64,000 bases of DNA, from NCBI GenBank assembly GCA_038245295.1, contig JBBRSP010000018.1:1-64000 (forward strand), read 5' to 3'. The DNA comes from Candidatus Binatia bacterium (GTDB lineage Bacteria > Desulfobacterota > Binatia > HRBIN30). A model generated the notes under the pieces. That model was not told the DNA's origin and ran no database searches. It saw only the letters and a list, made by a program, of their open reading frames with translations. A program made the translations under genes and the position numbers. Shown here piece by piece: positions 19,477-31,855 of the stretch. Position 1 is the stretch's first letter. Each line of letters opens with the position of its first letter.

Positions 19477-20205
19477 ATGCCAAGCCAGGAGGCCCCTTTG
19501 ACGAAGATCAAGAAGTTCAAACTTTACCACTACCCCGCCTCACGCAGCGTACGCGTGCGATGGGCTTTACACGAAACCGTCGGCGATGCGTACGAGCTGG
19601 AAACCCTCAATCTGTACGACGGCGTGCAATACAGCGACGCGTATCGCCAGATGAATCCGAATCACTGTGTGCCGACGCTGGAGATCACCTGGGACGACGG
19701 CAAGGTTCTACACATGATCGAGAGCGCCGCGATGGTGTCGTGGTTGATCGACGCGTTCCCGGAGAAACAACTTTCACCGCCGGCTCACGAGCTCTCCCTG
19801 GAACGCGCCGACTATCTACAGATGTTTCAGTTCGGTGCCGTGTGGATGGACATGATGCTGTGGCAGATCCGCAGCCACGAACATCTGCTGCCGGACTCGG
19901 AGCGCGACCCACGCTGCATCACCCGCTACCGCCAGAAGTTCGTCAACGAGGTCGAGCCACAGCTCAAAGCGCGCCTGCAGCGCACGCCGTTCATTTGCGG
20001 CGAAAGTTTCTCCGGCGCCGACATCATCGTCGGCCACAACGTCGTGTGGGCACGTGGCTACAAGCTGTGTGAGGACGAGCTCTTCCGCTCCTACCTGTCG
20101 CGCCTTTCCAAACGCCCGGCATTTCTGCACGCGTTCTCCGACGCGCATCAGTTCCGCATGGCGCCGGCCGACAACAGTCCGCTCCTTGGCAGCTTCACCG
20201 GCTGA
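19477..20205 (+). CDS. Glutathione S-transferase family protein
   Basis: LYHYPASRSVRVRWAL, NPNHCVPTL, ESAA, FSGADI, RPAF. Confidence 0.9.
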   Translation: MPSQEAPLTKIKKFKLYHYPASRSVRVRWALHETVGDAYELETLNLYDGVQYSDAYRQMNPNHCVPTLEITWDDGKVLHMIESAAMVSWLIDAFPEKQLSPPAHELSLERADYLQMFQFGAVWMDMMLWQIRSHEHLLPDSERDPRCITRYRQKFVNEVEPQLKARLQRTPFICGESFSGADIIVGHNVVWARGYKLCEDELFRSYLSRLSKRPAFLHAFSDAHQFRMAPADNSPLLGSFTG

Positions 20206-20233
20206 CATGCAAAGAATCGACGGCGGCCAAGCG

Positions 20234-20373
20234 CTCCCTCTCCCAGCTCCGCCGAATTGCGCACACCTGGGAGAGGGTTGGGGTGAGGGTTGGTCTGTGG
20301 ATCCATCCGGCGTGGTGCCCTCACCCCAACCCTCTCCCACGGTTGAAGATTCCATTCGAAGTGGGAGAGGGGG
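20234..20373. repeat. CCCTCTCCC/GGGAGAGGG palindromic repeat element
   Basis: CCCTCTCCC..GGGAGAGGGTTGGGGTGAGGG..CCCTCACCCCAACCCTCTCCC..GGGAGAGGG; same architecture at 23221-23362. Confidence 0.88.
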
Positions 20374-20406
20374 CGCTCCCTTTCTACCACACGTGGGCGG
20401 CTTGCA

Positions 20407-22251
<1,845 letters not shown>

Positions 22252-22295
22252 AACCCGTACGGTGGAGCCGCTATTGCGTCACGCGGCACGCGTCC

Positions 22296-23201
22296 TTATC
22301 GCAGACGCTGCAACAGCTCACGGCCTTGGCGTACGTCGCGGGTAGCCTCCCCGCCTTCAACCCCGGCCAGGCTTGTATCCAGGATGCGCGCCGCCTCATC
22401 GTGGCGCTTCTGCTGTCGCAACGGCCGCAACATACTGATCGCCGCCCGCAGGACTAGCGACCGTGACCCTTGCTGGCCGGCGATATCGAGCGCCGTACGG
22501 AAGGACTCCTCTGCAGCCGCCCACCAGCCGCGGCCGCCGCTCAGGCAGTGCAGCTCGCCGCGCAGACGGTGCAGCTCAGGCTCCCAGAATCGCGCCGCGC
22601 CCATGGTGATCTGTTCCTGGGCTTCATCCAGCAGCGCTGCCGCCTGGGAAAATCGACGGACGTTGACGAGATCTTCGGCGCTGATCGCCAGCACATACGC
22701 ATGTGTCAGGACGGTGCCGTGACGGCGGCACGCCTCGACGCCGGCATCGCCCAGAGCAACGACCCGGTCTTCGGCCTCCGTCTGACTACGAAGGGACGCT
22801 TCGAGCGTCCACGCCATGGCCTTCACTTCATCGATCCCCTGCTCCGCGGCAGCGACACCGAGACGCACCGCCGCCGCCAGGCCGCGCTCGCGATTGCCGC
22901 AACAATGCTGAACCACTGCTTCGGCTTGCAGGGATAGGACGAGATTGAACGGATGCGCCCCACTTTCGGCAACGACAACGGCGTTGGCCGCCTGCTCCAT
23001 CGCTTCGTCGGGGCGTCCGGCTTGCCACAGGATTGGAGTCCGCAACGCGCTGCACGCCGTGCGCATGTCGATGGGTCCAAAGCTGAGGTCCGCCGCGGCA
23101 TTGCGGAAATCCAACTCCAGATGCTCGAGCGCCGCGGCAATTTCCCCTTGATGGATGATGTCTTGCTCTGGCGTGCAGAAGTTGCACCTGTGGTCGCCCA
23201 C
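22296..23201 (-). pseudogene. C-terminal TPR remnant of an AAA/adenylate-cyclase-type regulator
   Basis: HPFNL, WEPELHRLRGEL, AEESFRTALDIA.QQG..SL.LRAA and EG..T.D are typical C-terminal motifs. No N-terminal or ATPase domains; the 5' end abuts the repeat at 23221. Confidence 0.7.
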
Positions 23202-23220
23202 GGGAGACGAAAGGCAAGCA

Positions 23221-23362
23221 CTCCCTCTCCCACTTCGAGCGCAACCGTAGAAGGTGGGAGAGGGTCGGGGTGAGGGCCCGCCAATGGGTCGGCATTCGTC
23301 TCTGAACCCTCACCCCGGCCCTCTCCCAGCTGTCGCGACTCCGCTTGAGCTGGGAGAGGGAG
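23221..23362. repeat. CCCTCTCCC/GGGAGAGGG palindromic repeat element
   Basis: Second copy of the family seen at 20234-20373. Confidence 0.88.
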
Positions 23363-23466
23363 TGTTGGCGTGCCGCAGTAGCCAGAGCACTTCTGGGGTT
23401 GCGGGCGACGCCCGCGCTATGCCTGCCGGACAGATTCTTGCGCGGAGAATCTGTCCGGCGGATCAC

Positions 23467-24564
23467 TCAGCGGACTTCGATCTCGTTGGCCGCCGGGTAC
23501 GCGGGCAACGGCTGCAAGTGGGCGTAGGCCGCCGACCAGTCGCCGTGACCGTTCGGGAATGGGTTCGGCCCTTCGGATTCCGGCACGACGTTATGCACCG
23601 GCTTCAGGCTCTTGAGATACGCGGCGATCGCCGTGAGGTCGCTGTCGCTCATCTCGCGGAACGTCGGCCATGGCATCGGCGGCGCCAGGTATTGGCCTTC
23701 TTTGTCTTTCCCGTGTCGCAGGGCGTTGACGATGTCCTGAACGGACCAGTCGCCCAAACCGGTCTCGCTGTCCGGTGTCAGGTTTGCCGGATACGTCTTG
23801 AACGGCCCGATCTGGAACGGCTGACCAGGCGTTCCTTCCTTGAACCCGGCGAGCCAGTTGGGATCGGCGGGGCTGGTGCCGCCATGACAACCGGCACAGT
23901 CGCCGACGGCGGTGACGAGATAGCGGCCGTACTGCACCTGGCTCGCGGTCGTTCCGGCGGAGGGTGTGCTCTCCGTAGCGGCCGGGTAGGCCGGTAGTGG
24001 CTGGAGATCGGCATACGCCGAGGCCCAATCGCCGTGACCATCCGGATGCGGGTTGGGTCCCTCGGAGACCGGCACAACGTTGTGCACCGGCTTCAAGCTC
24101 CGCAGGTAGGCCACCAACGCATGCAGATCGTCATCCGTCATGTTGCGGAACGTCGGCCACGGCATCGGCGGGCACAGGTAATGCCCCTCGGGATCCTTGC
24201 CGGTGCGCAGCGCATTGAACAACTCGTCGGCGCTCCACTTACCGATACCGGTCTCGGCGTCGGGCGTCAGATTGGCGGCGTAGGTCTTGAACGGACCGAT
24301 CAGGAACGGCTGCCCCGCATCCGCGGTGGTGTAGCCCGCCAGCCACATCGGATCGTCGGGGTTCTTGCCCGAGCTGTGGCAACCGGTGCAATCGCCAACG
24401 GCGGTCGCCAGATAGCGGCCGCGCAGAGCCTGCTGGCGCGCCGTCGACGGATCGCCGTCATCGCCGCAACCGTGCAAGCCGATCGCCAGCAAGCAGACGG
24501 CTCCGACAAGCAGACCGCCGGGCACCGCCCGGCGAGGCCCATTCACTTCGCGAAACAACCTCAT
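23467..24564 (-). CDS. Diheme cytochrome c lipoprotein (tandem duplicated domain)
   Basis: Lipobox-like LHGC; CTGCH and CAGCH heme motifs; duplicated NLTPD.ETG.G.WS and PPMPW. Confidence 0.9.
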   Translation of the reverse strand: MRLFREVNGPRRAVPGGLLVGAVCLLAIGLHGCGDDGDPSTARQQALRGRYLATAVGDCTGCHSSGKNPDDPMWLAGYTTADAGQPFLIGPFKTYAANLTPDAETGIGKWSADELFNALRTGKDPEGHYLCPPMPWPTFRNMTDDDLHALVAYLRSLKPVHNVVPVSEGPNPHPDGHGDWASAYADLQPLPAYPAATESTPSAGTTASQVQYGRYLVTAVGDCAGCHGGTSPADPNWLAGFKEGTPGQPFQIGPFKTYPANLTPDSETGLGDWSVQDIVNALRHGKDKEGQYLAPPMPWPTFREMSDSDLTAIAAYLKSLKPVHNVVPESEGPNPFPNGHGDWSAAYAHLQPLPAYPAANEIEVR

Positions 24565-24725
24565 ATCCCCTCCATTCCCATGGCTCGACTCCCGTCGAAA
24601 CATTCCCACGGGCACTCACCGAACCTCTTTTCGACGCTTCGATGGGCCGGCTCATGGAATCGCTTACGTGTCCTGTCAGCACTCTAAGTGCAAGGCTCTC
24701 GCACCGAACTGTGAGGCAGAGCCGC

Positions 24726-24801
24726 CGCAGGCTGAAGCCTGCGCCTACCTCAAACGCTCCTGCTCGAGAGATATCGGGGTAGGCGCAGGCTTCAGGCTGC
24801 G
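24726..24801. repeat. GTAG-type REP doublet (REPIN-like)
   Basis: CGCAGGCTGAAGCCTGCGCCTAC (24726-24748) and inverted GTAGGCGCAGGCTTCAGGCTGCG (24779-24801); the latter overlaps the xthA stop. Confidence 0.9.
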
Positions 24802-25607
24802 GCGTGGTCGAGCGCGCCAGGGTGAAGGTCGACTCCAACCGGACAATGATCGGAGCCGCGGACGTGTGGCTGCAGAAATGCACCACGCACGAACGGCATC
24901 ACCGCCGGCGACGCCAGCACGTAGTCGATGCGCCAGCCGATATTGCGCTCACGCACACCGAAGCGCTGGCTCCACCACGAGTAGTGACCCGGCCCTTTCT
25001 CGAAGTGGCGGAAGGTGTCCACCCACCCGGCGTCGATCCAGCGCGTAAACTCTTCGCGTTCGATCGGCAGGAAACCACTCGTCTCCGTGTTGTCCTTCGG
25101 CCTTGCCAGGTCGATGGCTTGATGCGCCGTGTTGAAGTCGCCCATCACCAGAACACGCTCTCCCTGGAGCCGCCATTCTTCGATGCGCTCGAACACGGCA
25201 CGATAGAAGTCGAGCTTGTAGGGCACGCGACTATTGTCGCGCAGGGTGCCGCTGCCTTTCGGGAAGTAGGCGTTGACGATCCACAAGGATCCGAAACGTG
25301 CGAACTGCACTCGCCCCTCTGCATCAAAACGTTCGGTACCGACTCCGTGGTGGATCTCGTCAGGACGACGCCGCGACAACATTCCGACGCCGCTGTAGCC
25401 GCGCCGCTGCGCCGAATGGATGTCGACATACCAATGCGGCTGGCGCGGCACTTCGGCCGGCAACTCGTCGAGCATAGCGCGCGACTCCTGGATGCCGATG
25501 ATGTCGGCCGCGCCGTTCTGCAGCCAATCGGCGAAGCCTTTGCGCACGCAGGCGCGGATGCCATTGACGTTCCAGGAGACGACGCGAATGCCGGCTGTGG
25601 TGGTCAC
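24792..25607 (-). CDS. xthA: Exodeoxyribonuclease III
   Basis: SWNVNGIRA, GIQE, GYSGV, EGR, NAYFP, GDFNTAH, YSWW, GWRIDY, GSDHCP. Confidence 0.95.
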   Translation of the reverse strand: MTTTAGIRVVSWNVNGIRACVRKGFADWLQNGAADIIGIQESRAMLDELPAEVPRQPHWYVDIHSAQRRGYSGVGMLSRRRPDEIHHGVGTERFDAEGRVQFARFGSLWIVNAYFPKGSGTLRDNSRVPYKLDFYRAVFERIEEWRLQGERVLVMGDFNTAHQAIDLARPKDNTETSGFLPIEREEFTRWIDAGWVDTFRHFEKGPGHYSWWSQRFGVRERNIGWRIDYVLASPAVMPFVRGAFLQPHVRGSDHCPVGVDLHPGALDHAAA

Positions 25608-25613
25608 CGAGGC

Positions 25614-26582
25614 TCAGCTCGTTCCGAACGCGCCGGACAATTCTGTGAACGCCGTCTCGGCCTCGCGCATCATGCGCTCGATGATCGTCGCCGCCGGCAG
25701 GACCTCGCGCACCAGATCGACGCCCTCTCCCGCCCACACCATCGCCGTGTCGTAGTCGCCGCCCTGCACAGCGGCAGCGAACGCCGGTTGTTCCTGGGAC
25801 TGTATCGCCTTCAGCTCCGCCTCGTGGCCATGCCAACGCTCGCTGAACCGATTGCGCAAGGCGCGGCCAGTGAAACCTTGCGGCCATGACAAGCCACGGA
25901 CGATATCGAAGACTTGCGTCCGCTGCGTCGCATCACCGCTGCCCTCGACGAGACGTTGCTTCGCGTTGGCGAATCCCAGGGCTTCCTCGGCGGCATAGAA
26001 ACGTGTCCCAACCAGCACAGACTGCGCACCGAGCGCCAAGGCGGCAACAATTCCTCGACCGTCGGCGACACCACCAGCGGCGACAACCGGAATCGGCGCC
26101 ACCGCGTCGACGACCGCCGGCAAGAGCGGGAACAGGGCCCGTTGCGCCCCGTGGCCGCCGGCTTCCGTACCTTGCGCGACGATCACATCGGCGCCGAGCT
26201 CGGCGGCGCGGCGCGCCGCGGCGAGATTCTGAATTTGGAGGATGAGCGTTGCGCCGCTGCGGCGAATGGCCGGCAGCAGAGGTGCCGGATCACCGAAGGA
26301 CAACATCACCGCTGCAGGCTGATGCGCCAACGCCGCGTCGAGTCGCTCCGGTGCTTGCAGCACATCCCAGGTAATGAAACCGACGCCGACACGCGCCCCA
26401 CTCGCGGCGGCAAACTCCGCCTCGATCCAATCGGCGCCAAGGTAACCCGGGCCAATCAACCCAAGACCACCGCCCCGCGATACCGCCGCCGCCAGGCGCC
26501 CGCCGGCCACGGCGCCCATCGGCGCCGAGAGGATCGGATGGCGCAGACCTAGACGTCGCATCAGTTCTGTTTCGATCACCAT
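25614..26582 (-). CDS. Nitronate monooxygenase family flavoprotein
   Basis: PILSAPMG, AQGTEAGGH, VVAAGGVADGRG, GTRF. Confidence 0.92.
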   Translation of the reverse strand: MVIETELMRRLGLRHPILSAPMGAVAGGRLAAAVSRGGGLGLIGPGYLGADWIEAEFAAASGARVGVGFITWDVLQAPERLDAALAHQPAAVMLSFGDPAPLLPAIRRSGATLILQIQNLAAARRAAELGADVIVAQGTEAGGHGAQRALFPLLPAVVDAVAPIPVVAAGGVADGRGIVAALALGAQSVLVGTRFYAAEEALGFANAKQRLVEGSGDATQRTQVFDIVRGLSWPQGFTGRALRNRFSERWHGHEAELKAIQSQEQPAFAAAVQGGDYDTAMVWAGEGVDLVREVLPAATIIERMMREAETAFTELSGAFGTS

Positions 26583-26648
26583 GGTGTCGTTCCTAACGCG
26601 TTGCGCGGCCACCGCAAACCACTTCGAAAAACGGCGGCAACACCAGAC

Positions 26649-26723
26649 CGCAGGCTGAAGCCTGCGCCTACCCAATGAACTGGCAGCTGAGAAATCTTCA
26701 GTAGGCGCAGGCTTTAGCCTGCG
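26649..26723. repeat. GTAG-type REP doublet
   Basis: CGCAGGCTGAAGCCTGCGCCTAC (26649-26671) and GTAGGCGCAGGCTTTAGCCTGCG (26701-26723). Confidence 0.9.
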
Positions 26724-26787
26724 GCGTTCTGCGATCCATCCCCCGCCCCTGACCCATCGCGCGGGTGTGACTCGGCGACAGGGAGAT

Positions 26788-27417
26788 CTACCACTCCGTC
26801 AGGCCTTCGATCTCGTAAAGCTTCTTCCAACTCGGGCGCGTTCGGATGCGATCTGCCAGCGCCTTGAGCGCCGGCCATTCGAGACCGGGGCGCGGCATGT
26901 AGCGTGTCCAACGCATGAGCATGGTGACGTACAAGTCGGCAGCCGAGAACGCCTCGCCCAATACATACGGGCCGTGCGCCGCCAGGTGTGCATCGAGGCG
27001 ATCCCAGATGGCCTCGATCTTGTGTTGCAGAGCGGCGCGGACGTTGTCCGGATGTTCGGGCGAGCCCAGATCGGCGGGATACCACCAGACACGCAACGTC
27101 GCCGCCAGAGAATTGCTCAGGTAGACGATCCATTGATGCCATGCATCGCGCTGCGGACTCCCTACCGGCGGCGCCAGATGTGCTTCGGGATGCCGCTCGG
27201 CGAGGATCAACAACAGGGCCGCCGATTCGACCAGCGGCCGTCCGTCGATCAACAGCGTCGGCACAACCCCCTGCGGATTCAGCTTGAGATACCGCGGCGA
27301 TCGCTGCGCGTCGGCGCTGAAGTCAACCAGCTCGAGCTGATACGGCGCGCCAATTTCAAGCAAAGCGAGATGGACGACCATGCTTGCCGTCCCCGGGGAA
27401 TAGAAGAGTGTGTACAT
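26788..27417 (-). CDS. Glutathione S-transferase family protein
   Basis: MYTLFYSPGTAS after AAGGAGG, LNPQGVVPTL, ESAA, FSAADLY, RPSW. Confidence 0.93.
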   Translation of the reverse strand: MYTLFYSPGTASMVVHLALLEIGAPYQLELVDFSADAQRSPRYLKLNPQGVVPTLLIDGRPLVESAALLLILAERHPEAHLAPPVGSPQRDAWHQWIVYLSNSLAATLRVWWYPADLGSPEHPDNVRAALQHKIEAIWDRLDAHLAAHGPYVLGEAFSAADLYVTMLMRWTRYMPRPGLEWPALKALADRIRTRPSWKKLYEIEGLTEW

Positions 27418-27534
27418 CCGTACCTCCTTTGATTGCCGCCGCACGCTACGCGAGGCGAAATGAGCGTTCAACCCGCGTGTGCGATTCTGCCGATTCGTTT
27501 CATGTTTGCGCCAACGCAGATATAGACGCGGCGG

Positions 27535-29793
27535 ATGGGTTCGGAAGTCCACTGCCGGCAGGCGGCTTCGCAGCGCGCCACCTGCCCGATTACACACTGT
27601 ATCGTTCTGGTCGTTTTCCTCAGCACCGCCGCTTGCTCGCGGCCGGAGCCGGTCAGAGAGACGAGCGTCGACTTGCTCAAGATGTTTCCGTACACGGAAA
27701 ACGCCTTCGATCCGGCGGTGATCGACTTCACGGCGCCCGGGGCCGAGACCTACCTCGTGCGCGGATGGTCGGCACCGGAGCCGCTGGCCAACGGCCAGTT
27801 GGCGGTACACGTCAACGAGACGATGGCTCAGGTGCGATTCAACGTCAGCAGCGACGAACCGCGCCACGCCACGTTGCACTGTGGCCTCACCGGCAGCGGA
27901 TCCGACAGGGTGTGGCGACAGAGTATTCGACTCCAACTCAACGGCCGCATGTTGCCGCCTGTCGCCTTCGGCACCGGGCTCAACGAGCACCCGCTCCAAC
28001 TGCCGCGCGGCGCTCTCCACGTCGGCGAGAATCGTCTGGCATTCGTACCACGGCGGATGCCCCAGGCATCAGCGGAGTCGCGCGATCGCCAAGCAACCCT
28101 CGCCTGCGACTGGATCCGCTTGCGCCCTGACGATCGCGACGGAGTCACCGTGCGGCTGACTGCTCGCGACGGTACGCAGGCTCTGGCCTTGCCGGCCGCG
28201 GCCACTGCGACGTATTTCGTTCGGGTACCGGAAGCGGCGTGGCTGGGCTTCGATTTGGCGCGCGCCGGACCGTCGGTGAACGGCACGTTGTCGGTCTCCG
28301 TCGGAGTCGAAGGCGACCCGGTTGACGAAGTGTGGCACGGCGGCAGTGGCAAGACCGACGCCCACATCGATCTCAGCCGCTGCGCCAACCGCGTCATCCG
28401 CCTCGAGCTCACGGCGCGTGACGGCGACGTCGAGCTGCGCCGACCGCGCCTCGTCGGGCACGGCGACGCGATTCCGGCGGCACCAAACGCGCCGTACGAC
28501 AGGGCTGCCCGCCCGAACGTGCTCGTCTACCTCATCGACACACTGCGCGCCGACCATCTTGGCAGTTACGGCTATCAACGACCGACGTCTCCGCACATCG
28601 ATGCCCTGGCGCAAGATGCCTTGCTGTTCGCTCACACTTCGGCACAAGCGTCGTGGACACGCCCGGCAACGGCCTCGCTACTGACCGGCCTTTATCCATA
28701 CACCCATGGCGCCCTGACGCTGCAGGACTCGCTACGTCCGGACGTCATCACGCTTGCCGAGACCTTACACGCCCAGGGCTACACCACCGCTGCCTACGTC
28801 ACCAACATCAACGTCGGCGGCAAGTTCGGCTTCGACCGTGGTTTCGATTCGTTCAACTACCTGGCGGAAGACGAAGAGCGCCCGGCGCTACACGTCGGAT
28901 CGGATGTGGTGAACGAGTCGGCATTCACCTGGCTTCGTGAGCACGCCGGCCGGCCGTTCTTCCTTTACCTACACGTCACCGACCCACACGCACCCTATCT
29001 GCCACCGCCGGGATTTGCGGAGCGCTTCCGCGACCCAGCACTCGTGTGGACTCTGGAAGGGCGCAAGCGGCCCGAGCGCGCCATGGCGGATCACGCCGAG
29101 TTGATGACGCAGGAGAACCTGCATTACCTCGAATCGCTCTACGACGGCGAGATCGCCTTCGTCGACGAGAATTTTGGGAAGCTCGTCGAGTATCTCAAAC
29201 AGCAGGGCTTGTACGACAATACCATCATCCTGGTAACCGCGGATCACGGCGAAGAGTTCTTTGACCATGGTGGCTTCGAACACGGCTACTCTCTCTATCA
29301 AGAACAGCTCACTGTGCCGCTGATCATCCGACTGCCGGGAGCCCCACACTCCGTCGGACGTGTCGACTGCCTGGCGCGTCAGATCGACGTCATGCCAACC
29401 CTGCTCGAGATTCTCGGAATCGCCGTCCCGCCGGCGGTCGAAGGCCATTCGCTGTGGCACCGACTCCAAGGACTATGCGGCAACGAAGAATCCTTCGCGC
29501 AGACCAGCCTGGCGCCGCGGCGCGAGCAAATGGCCCTCACCAGCAACGGTTGGAAGGTCCTCCAACGCAGCAACACGCATGACGAGAAAAACGAGCTCTT
29601 CGATTTGAAGAACGATCCGCATGAGCAACATGCGATCGAGCCGAAGTCGTCGTTGGTTGCCGCGTATGGGAGGCAAGCGCTGCGTCAGTGGTCGGCCGGC
29701 GCCGCCCCAACGGTCAAACGGCGACCGGCGGAAGCCACCCCGGACGCCGCGACGATGGAGCGGTTGCGCGTCCTGGGCTACACCGAGGACTGA
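27535..29793 (+). CDS. Sulfatase-like (alkaline phosphatase superfamily) protein with an N-terminal beta-domain
   Basis: [49 protein letters not shown]...HG, VPLIIR, LRVLGY. Exact start uncertain. Confidence 0.88.
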   Translation: MGSEVHCRQAASQRATCPITHCIVLVVFLSTAACSRPEPVRETSVDLLKMFPYTENAFDPAVIDFTAPGAETYLVRGWSAPEPLANGQLAVHVNETMAQVRFNVSSDEPRHATLHCGLTGSGSDRVWRQSIRLQLNGRMLPPVAFGTGLNEHPLQLPRGALHVGENRLAFVPRRMPQASAESRDRQATLACDWIRLRPDDRDGVTVRLTARDGTQALALPAAATATYFVRVPEAAWLGFDLARAGPSVNGTLSVSVGVEGDPVDEVWHGGSGKTDAHIDLSRCANRVIRLELTARDGDVELRRPRLVGHGDAIPAAPNAPYDRAARPNVLVYLIDTLRADHLGSYGYQRPTSPHIDALAQDALLFAHTSAQASWTRPATASLLTGLYPYTHGALTLQDSLRPDVITLAETLHAQGYTTAAYVTNINVGGKFGFDRGFDSFNYLAEDEERPALHVGSDVVNESAFTWLREHAGRPFFLYLHVTDPHAPYLPPPGFAERFRDPALVWTLEGRKRPERAMADHAELMTQENLHYLESLYDGEIAFVDENFGKLVEYLKQQGLYDNTIILVTADHGEEFFDHGGFEHGYSLYQEQLTVPLIIRLPGAPHSVGRVDCLARQIDVMPTLLEILGIAVPPAVEGHSLWHRLQGLCGNEESFAQTSLAPRREQMALTSNGWKVLQRSNTHDEKNELFDLKNDPHEQHAIEPKSSLVAAYGRQALRQWSAGAAPTVKRRPAEATPDAATMERLRVLGYTED

Positions 29794-29799
29794 TCCCGC

Positions 29800-30028
29800 C
29801 CTCGATACGCGCTCCGGGAGTTTGCAGCAGCAGCGGCAACAGATGCCCGGTGAGGGCGAAGTGCCCGAGGTGGTTGGTTCCAAATTGCAATTCGAAGCCC
29901 TGCTTGGTCTGGGTGAAAGGCGGCACCATGACACCGGCGTTGTTGATCAGCAGGTCGAGGCGCTGATGCGTCGCGGCGAAACTCTGCGCGAAGGCGGCAA
30001 TCGAATCGAGATCCGACAAGTCGAGCAA
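29800..30028 (-). pseudogene. Internal fragment of an SDR (retinol-DH/WWOX-like) oxidoreductase
   Basis: [39 protein letters not shown]; lacks both the TGxxxGxG N-terminus and the YxxxK catalytic part. Confidence 0.85.
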
Positions 30029-30066
30029 CTGCAGCGTCGCTTTCCCCGAAGGCTTCTCGGCAAGTC

Positions 30067-30365
30067 CGTCATTCCTGGCGAAAGAGACTATCGATCAAGT
30101 GGAGATGAGAATGCATACGTCGTCCCGGCGAAGGCCGGGACCCAGCGTAACCGGACGTAAAGCTACGTTTTCATCACTGGCCCCCAGCTTTCGAGACTGT
30201 CAAACACCTCCGTCATACCGGCGAAAGTCGGTATCTCCCCAACATTTTTGGCCTTCCGCTCGAGGAGATCCCGGCTTGCGCCGGGATGACGTTGCTTACT
30301 TTTCGTTTAGCGACTGTCTCTTTCGCCGCGATGACGAGGTGGCATCCGAGTTTATCGACAGTCTC
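30067..30365. mobile_element. Nested CGTC-type REP / MITE-like composite
   Basis: Outer ends GAGACTATCGAT (30084) and ATCGACAGTCTC (30365). Inner element 30193-30320 (GAGACTGTC..GACTGTCTC) is flanked by TTTC/TTTC. Each level contains CGTC..CCGGCGAA.GCCGG hairpins. Confidence 0.75.
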
Positions 30366-30447
30366 GTTTGTGTCATGACGGCGCCTACGTCGGGTGCCGC
30401 GCCATCCAGCAGAACCGCGACACAGCTCGAACTACCGGAGGGGCCAC

Positions 30448-31761
30448 ATGTTTTCGTCCAATCCCTACGCTTCGCAATACAAAGACAAACTGTGCGAGGC
30501 CGAGGAGGCGGTCGCACCGATCGGCGACGATCGCCTGGTGATCTACGGCGCCATGTTGGCCGAGCCGCCGGCGTTTCTGTGGGCGTTGGCGACCCGCCTG
30601 CGTCTGGGTGATCTGAAGAAGGTACGCATCTTTGCCGGGCCGGCGTCGCCGCACTCCATGGATTCGGTTCTGGCTCTCGATCTTGCCGATTGTGTCGAGC
30701 GCGAGTCGTTCTTCGTCGGCGTCGGCGACCGCAGTCGTGTACAGGTCGGGCTCAACTACTTTGTCCCGAACCATTTCCATCAGCTGCCGCGGTTGGTCGA
30801 GGAGATGGACATCGACACCGTCGCCACCGTCGTCTCGCCGATGGATCGCGCCGGCTTCTTCAGCTTCGGCGTCGCCAACGACTTCATCTCTACGGCGGCC
30901 CGCTGCGGCAAGCGCCTGATCGTCGAAGTCAACGAATACATGCCGCGCGTGCACGGCAACTCGCGCATTCACATTTCCCAGGTCGCCCACATCATCGAAA
31001 ACCATTCGCCGCTATTCGAGCCACCGGCCGCCGCTCCCGAACCGGTCGATGAAATCATCGGCCGCATCATCGCGGAGATGGTCCCCGACGGGGCGACGCT
31101 ACAACTCGGCATCGGCAATGTACCGACCGCCGTGGGTGCCTACCTGAGGAACCACAAGGACCTCGGCATCCACACCGAATACTTCTCCCAGGTCATGGTT
31201 GATCTGATCCAGGCCGGCGTCGTCACCGGCGCCAAGAAGACGCTGCATCCGCACCAGCACCTGTTTACGATTGCCGCCGGCGACCAACGCTTTCTCGATT
31301 TCCTACACGACAACCCAGCGGTGGAGAGCCACCCGGTGTCATACACCAATCATCCGGCGGTGATCGCGCGCCATGACAACATGATCTCGATCAACGCGGT
31401 CATCGAAGTGGACCTGCTCGGGCAGGCCAACGCCGAGTTCATGGATGGTCACCAGTTCAGCGGCTCGGGCGGACAACTCGACTTCGTCCGCGGCGCCTAC
31501 GACGCCAAAGGCGGCAAGTCGATCCTCGCCTTCCATTCGACGGCTCGCAAAGGCACCGTCTCACGCATCGTGCCGCGATTCGAAGCCGGCACGATGATTA
31601 CGACGCCACGCAACGACACACATTACCTCGTCACCGAATACGGAGCGGCCAACTTGAAGGGCAAGTCGACACGCGATCGAGCCCTCGCCATCATCAACCT
31701 GGCTCACCCGGATTTCCGCGACGAATTGCTGCGCGCCGCCGAGGACATGTACATCGTGTAG
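30448..31761 (+). CDS. Acetyl-CoA hydrolase / 4-hydroxybutyrate CoA-transferase family protein
   Basis: GATLQLGIG, DLGIHTE, SINA.IEVDL.GQ, GSGGQLDF, VTEYG.A.L.GK, AHPDFR; GGAGG RBS. Confidence 0.93.
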   Translation: MFSSNPYASQYKDKLCEAEEAVAPIGDDRLVIYGAMLAEPPAFLWALATRLRLGDLKKVRIFAGPASPHSMDSVLALDLADCVERESFFVGVGDRSRVQVGLNYFVPNHFHQLPRLVEEMDIDTVATVVSPMDRAGFFSFGVANDFISTAARCGKRLIVEVNEYMPRVHGNSRIHISQVAHIIENHSPLFEPPAAAPEPVDEIIGRIIAEMVPDGATLQLGIGNVPTAVGAYLRNHKDLGIHTEYFSQVMVDLIQAGVVTGAKKTLHPHQHLFTIAAGDQRFLDFLHDNPAVESHPVSYTNHPAVIARHDNMISINAVIEVDLLGQANAEFMDGHQFSGSGGQLDFVRGAYDAKGGKSILAFHSTARKGTVSRIVPRFEAGTMITTPRNDTHYLVTEYGAANLKGKSTRDRALAIINLAHPDFRDELLRAAEDMYIV

Positions 31762-31767
31762 ACACGT

Positions 31768-31789
31768 CGCAGGCTAAAGCCTGCGGCAC
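31768..31789. repeat. Single REP variant CGCAGGCTAAAGCCTGCGGCAC
   Basis: Same palindrome as the GTAG family with an altered foot, 6 bp after a stop codon. Confidence 0.7.
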
Positions 31790-31855
31790 TCAGGGTCGAC
31801 GAATCCCGGGCCCCGATGAGCATAGCCGTTGCGCCCGCGCTCAGGGCGCATCCTG

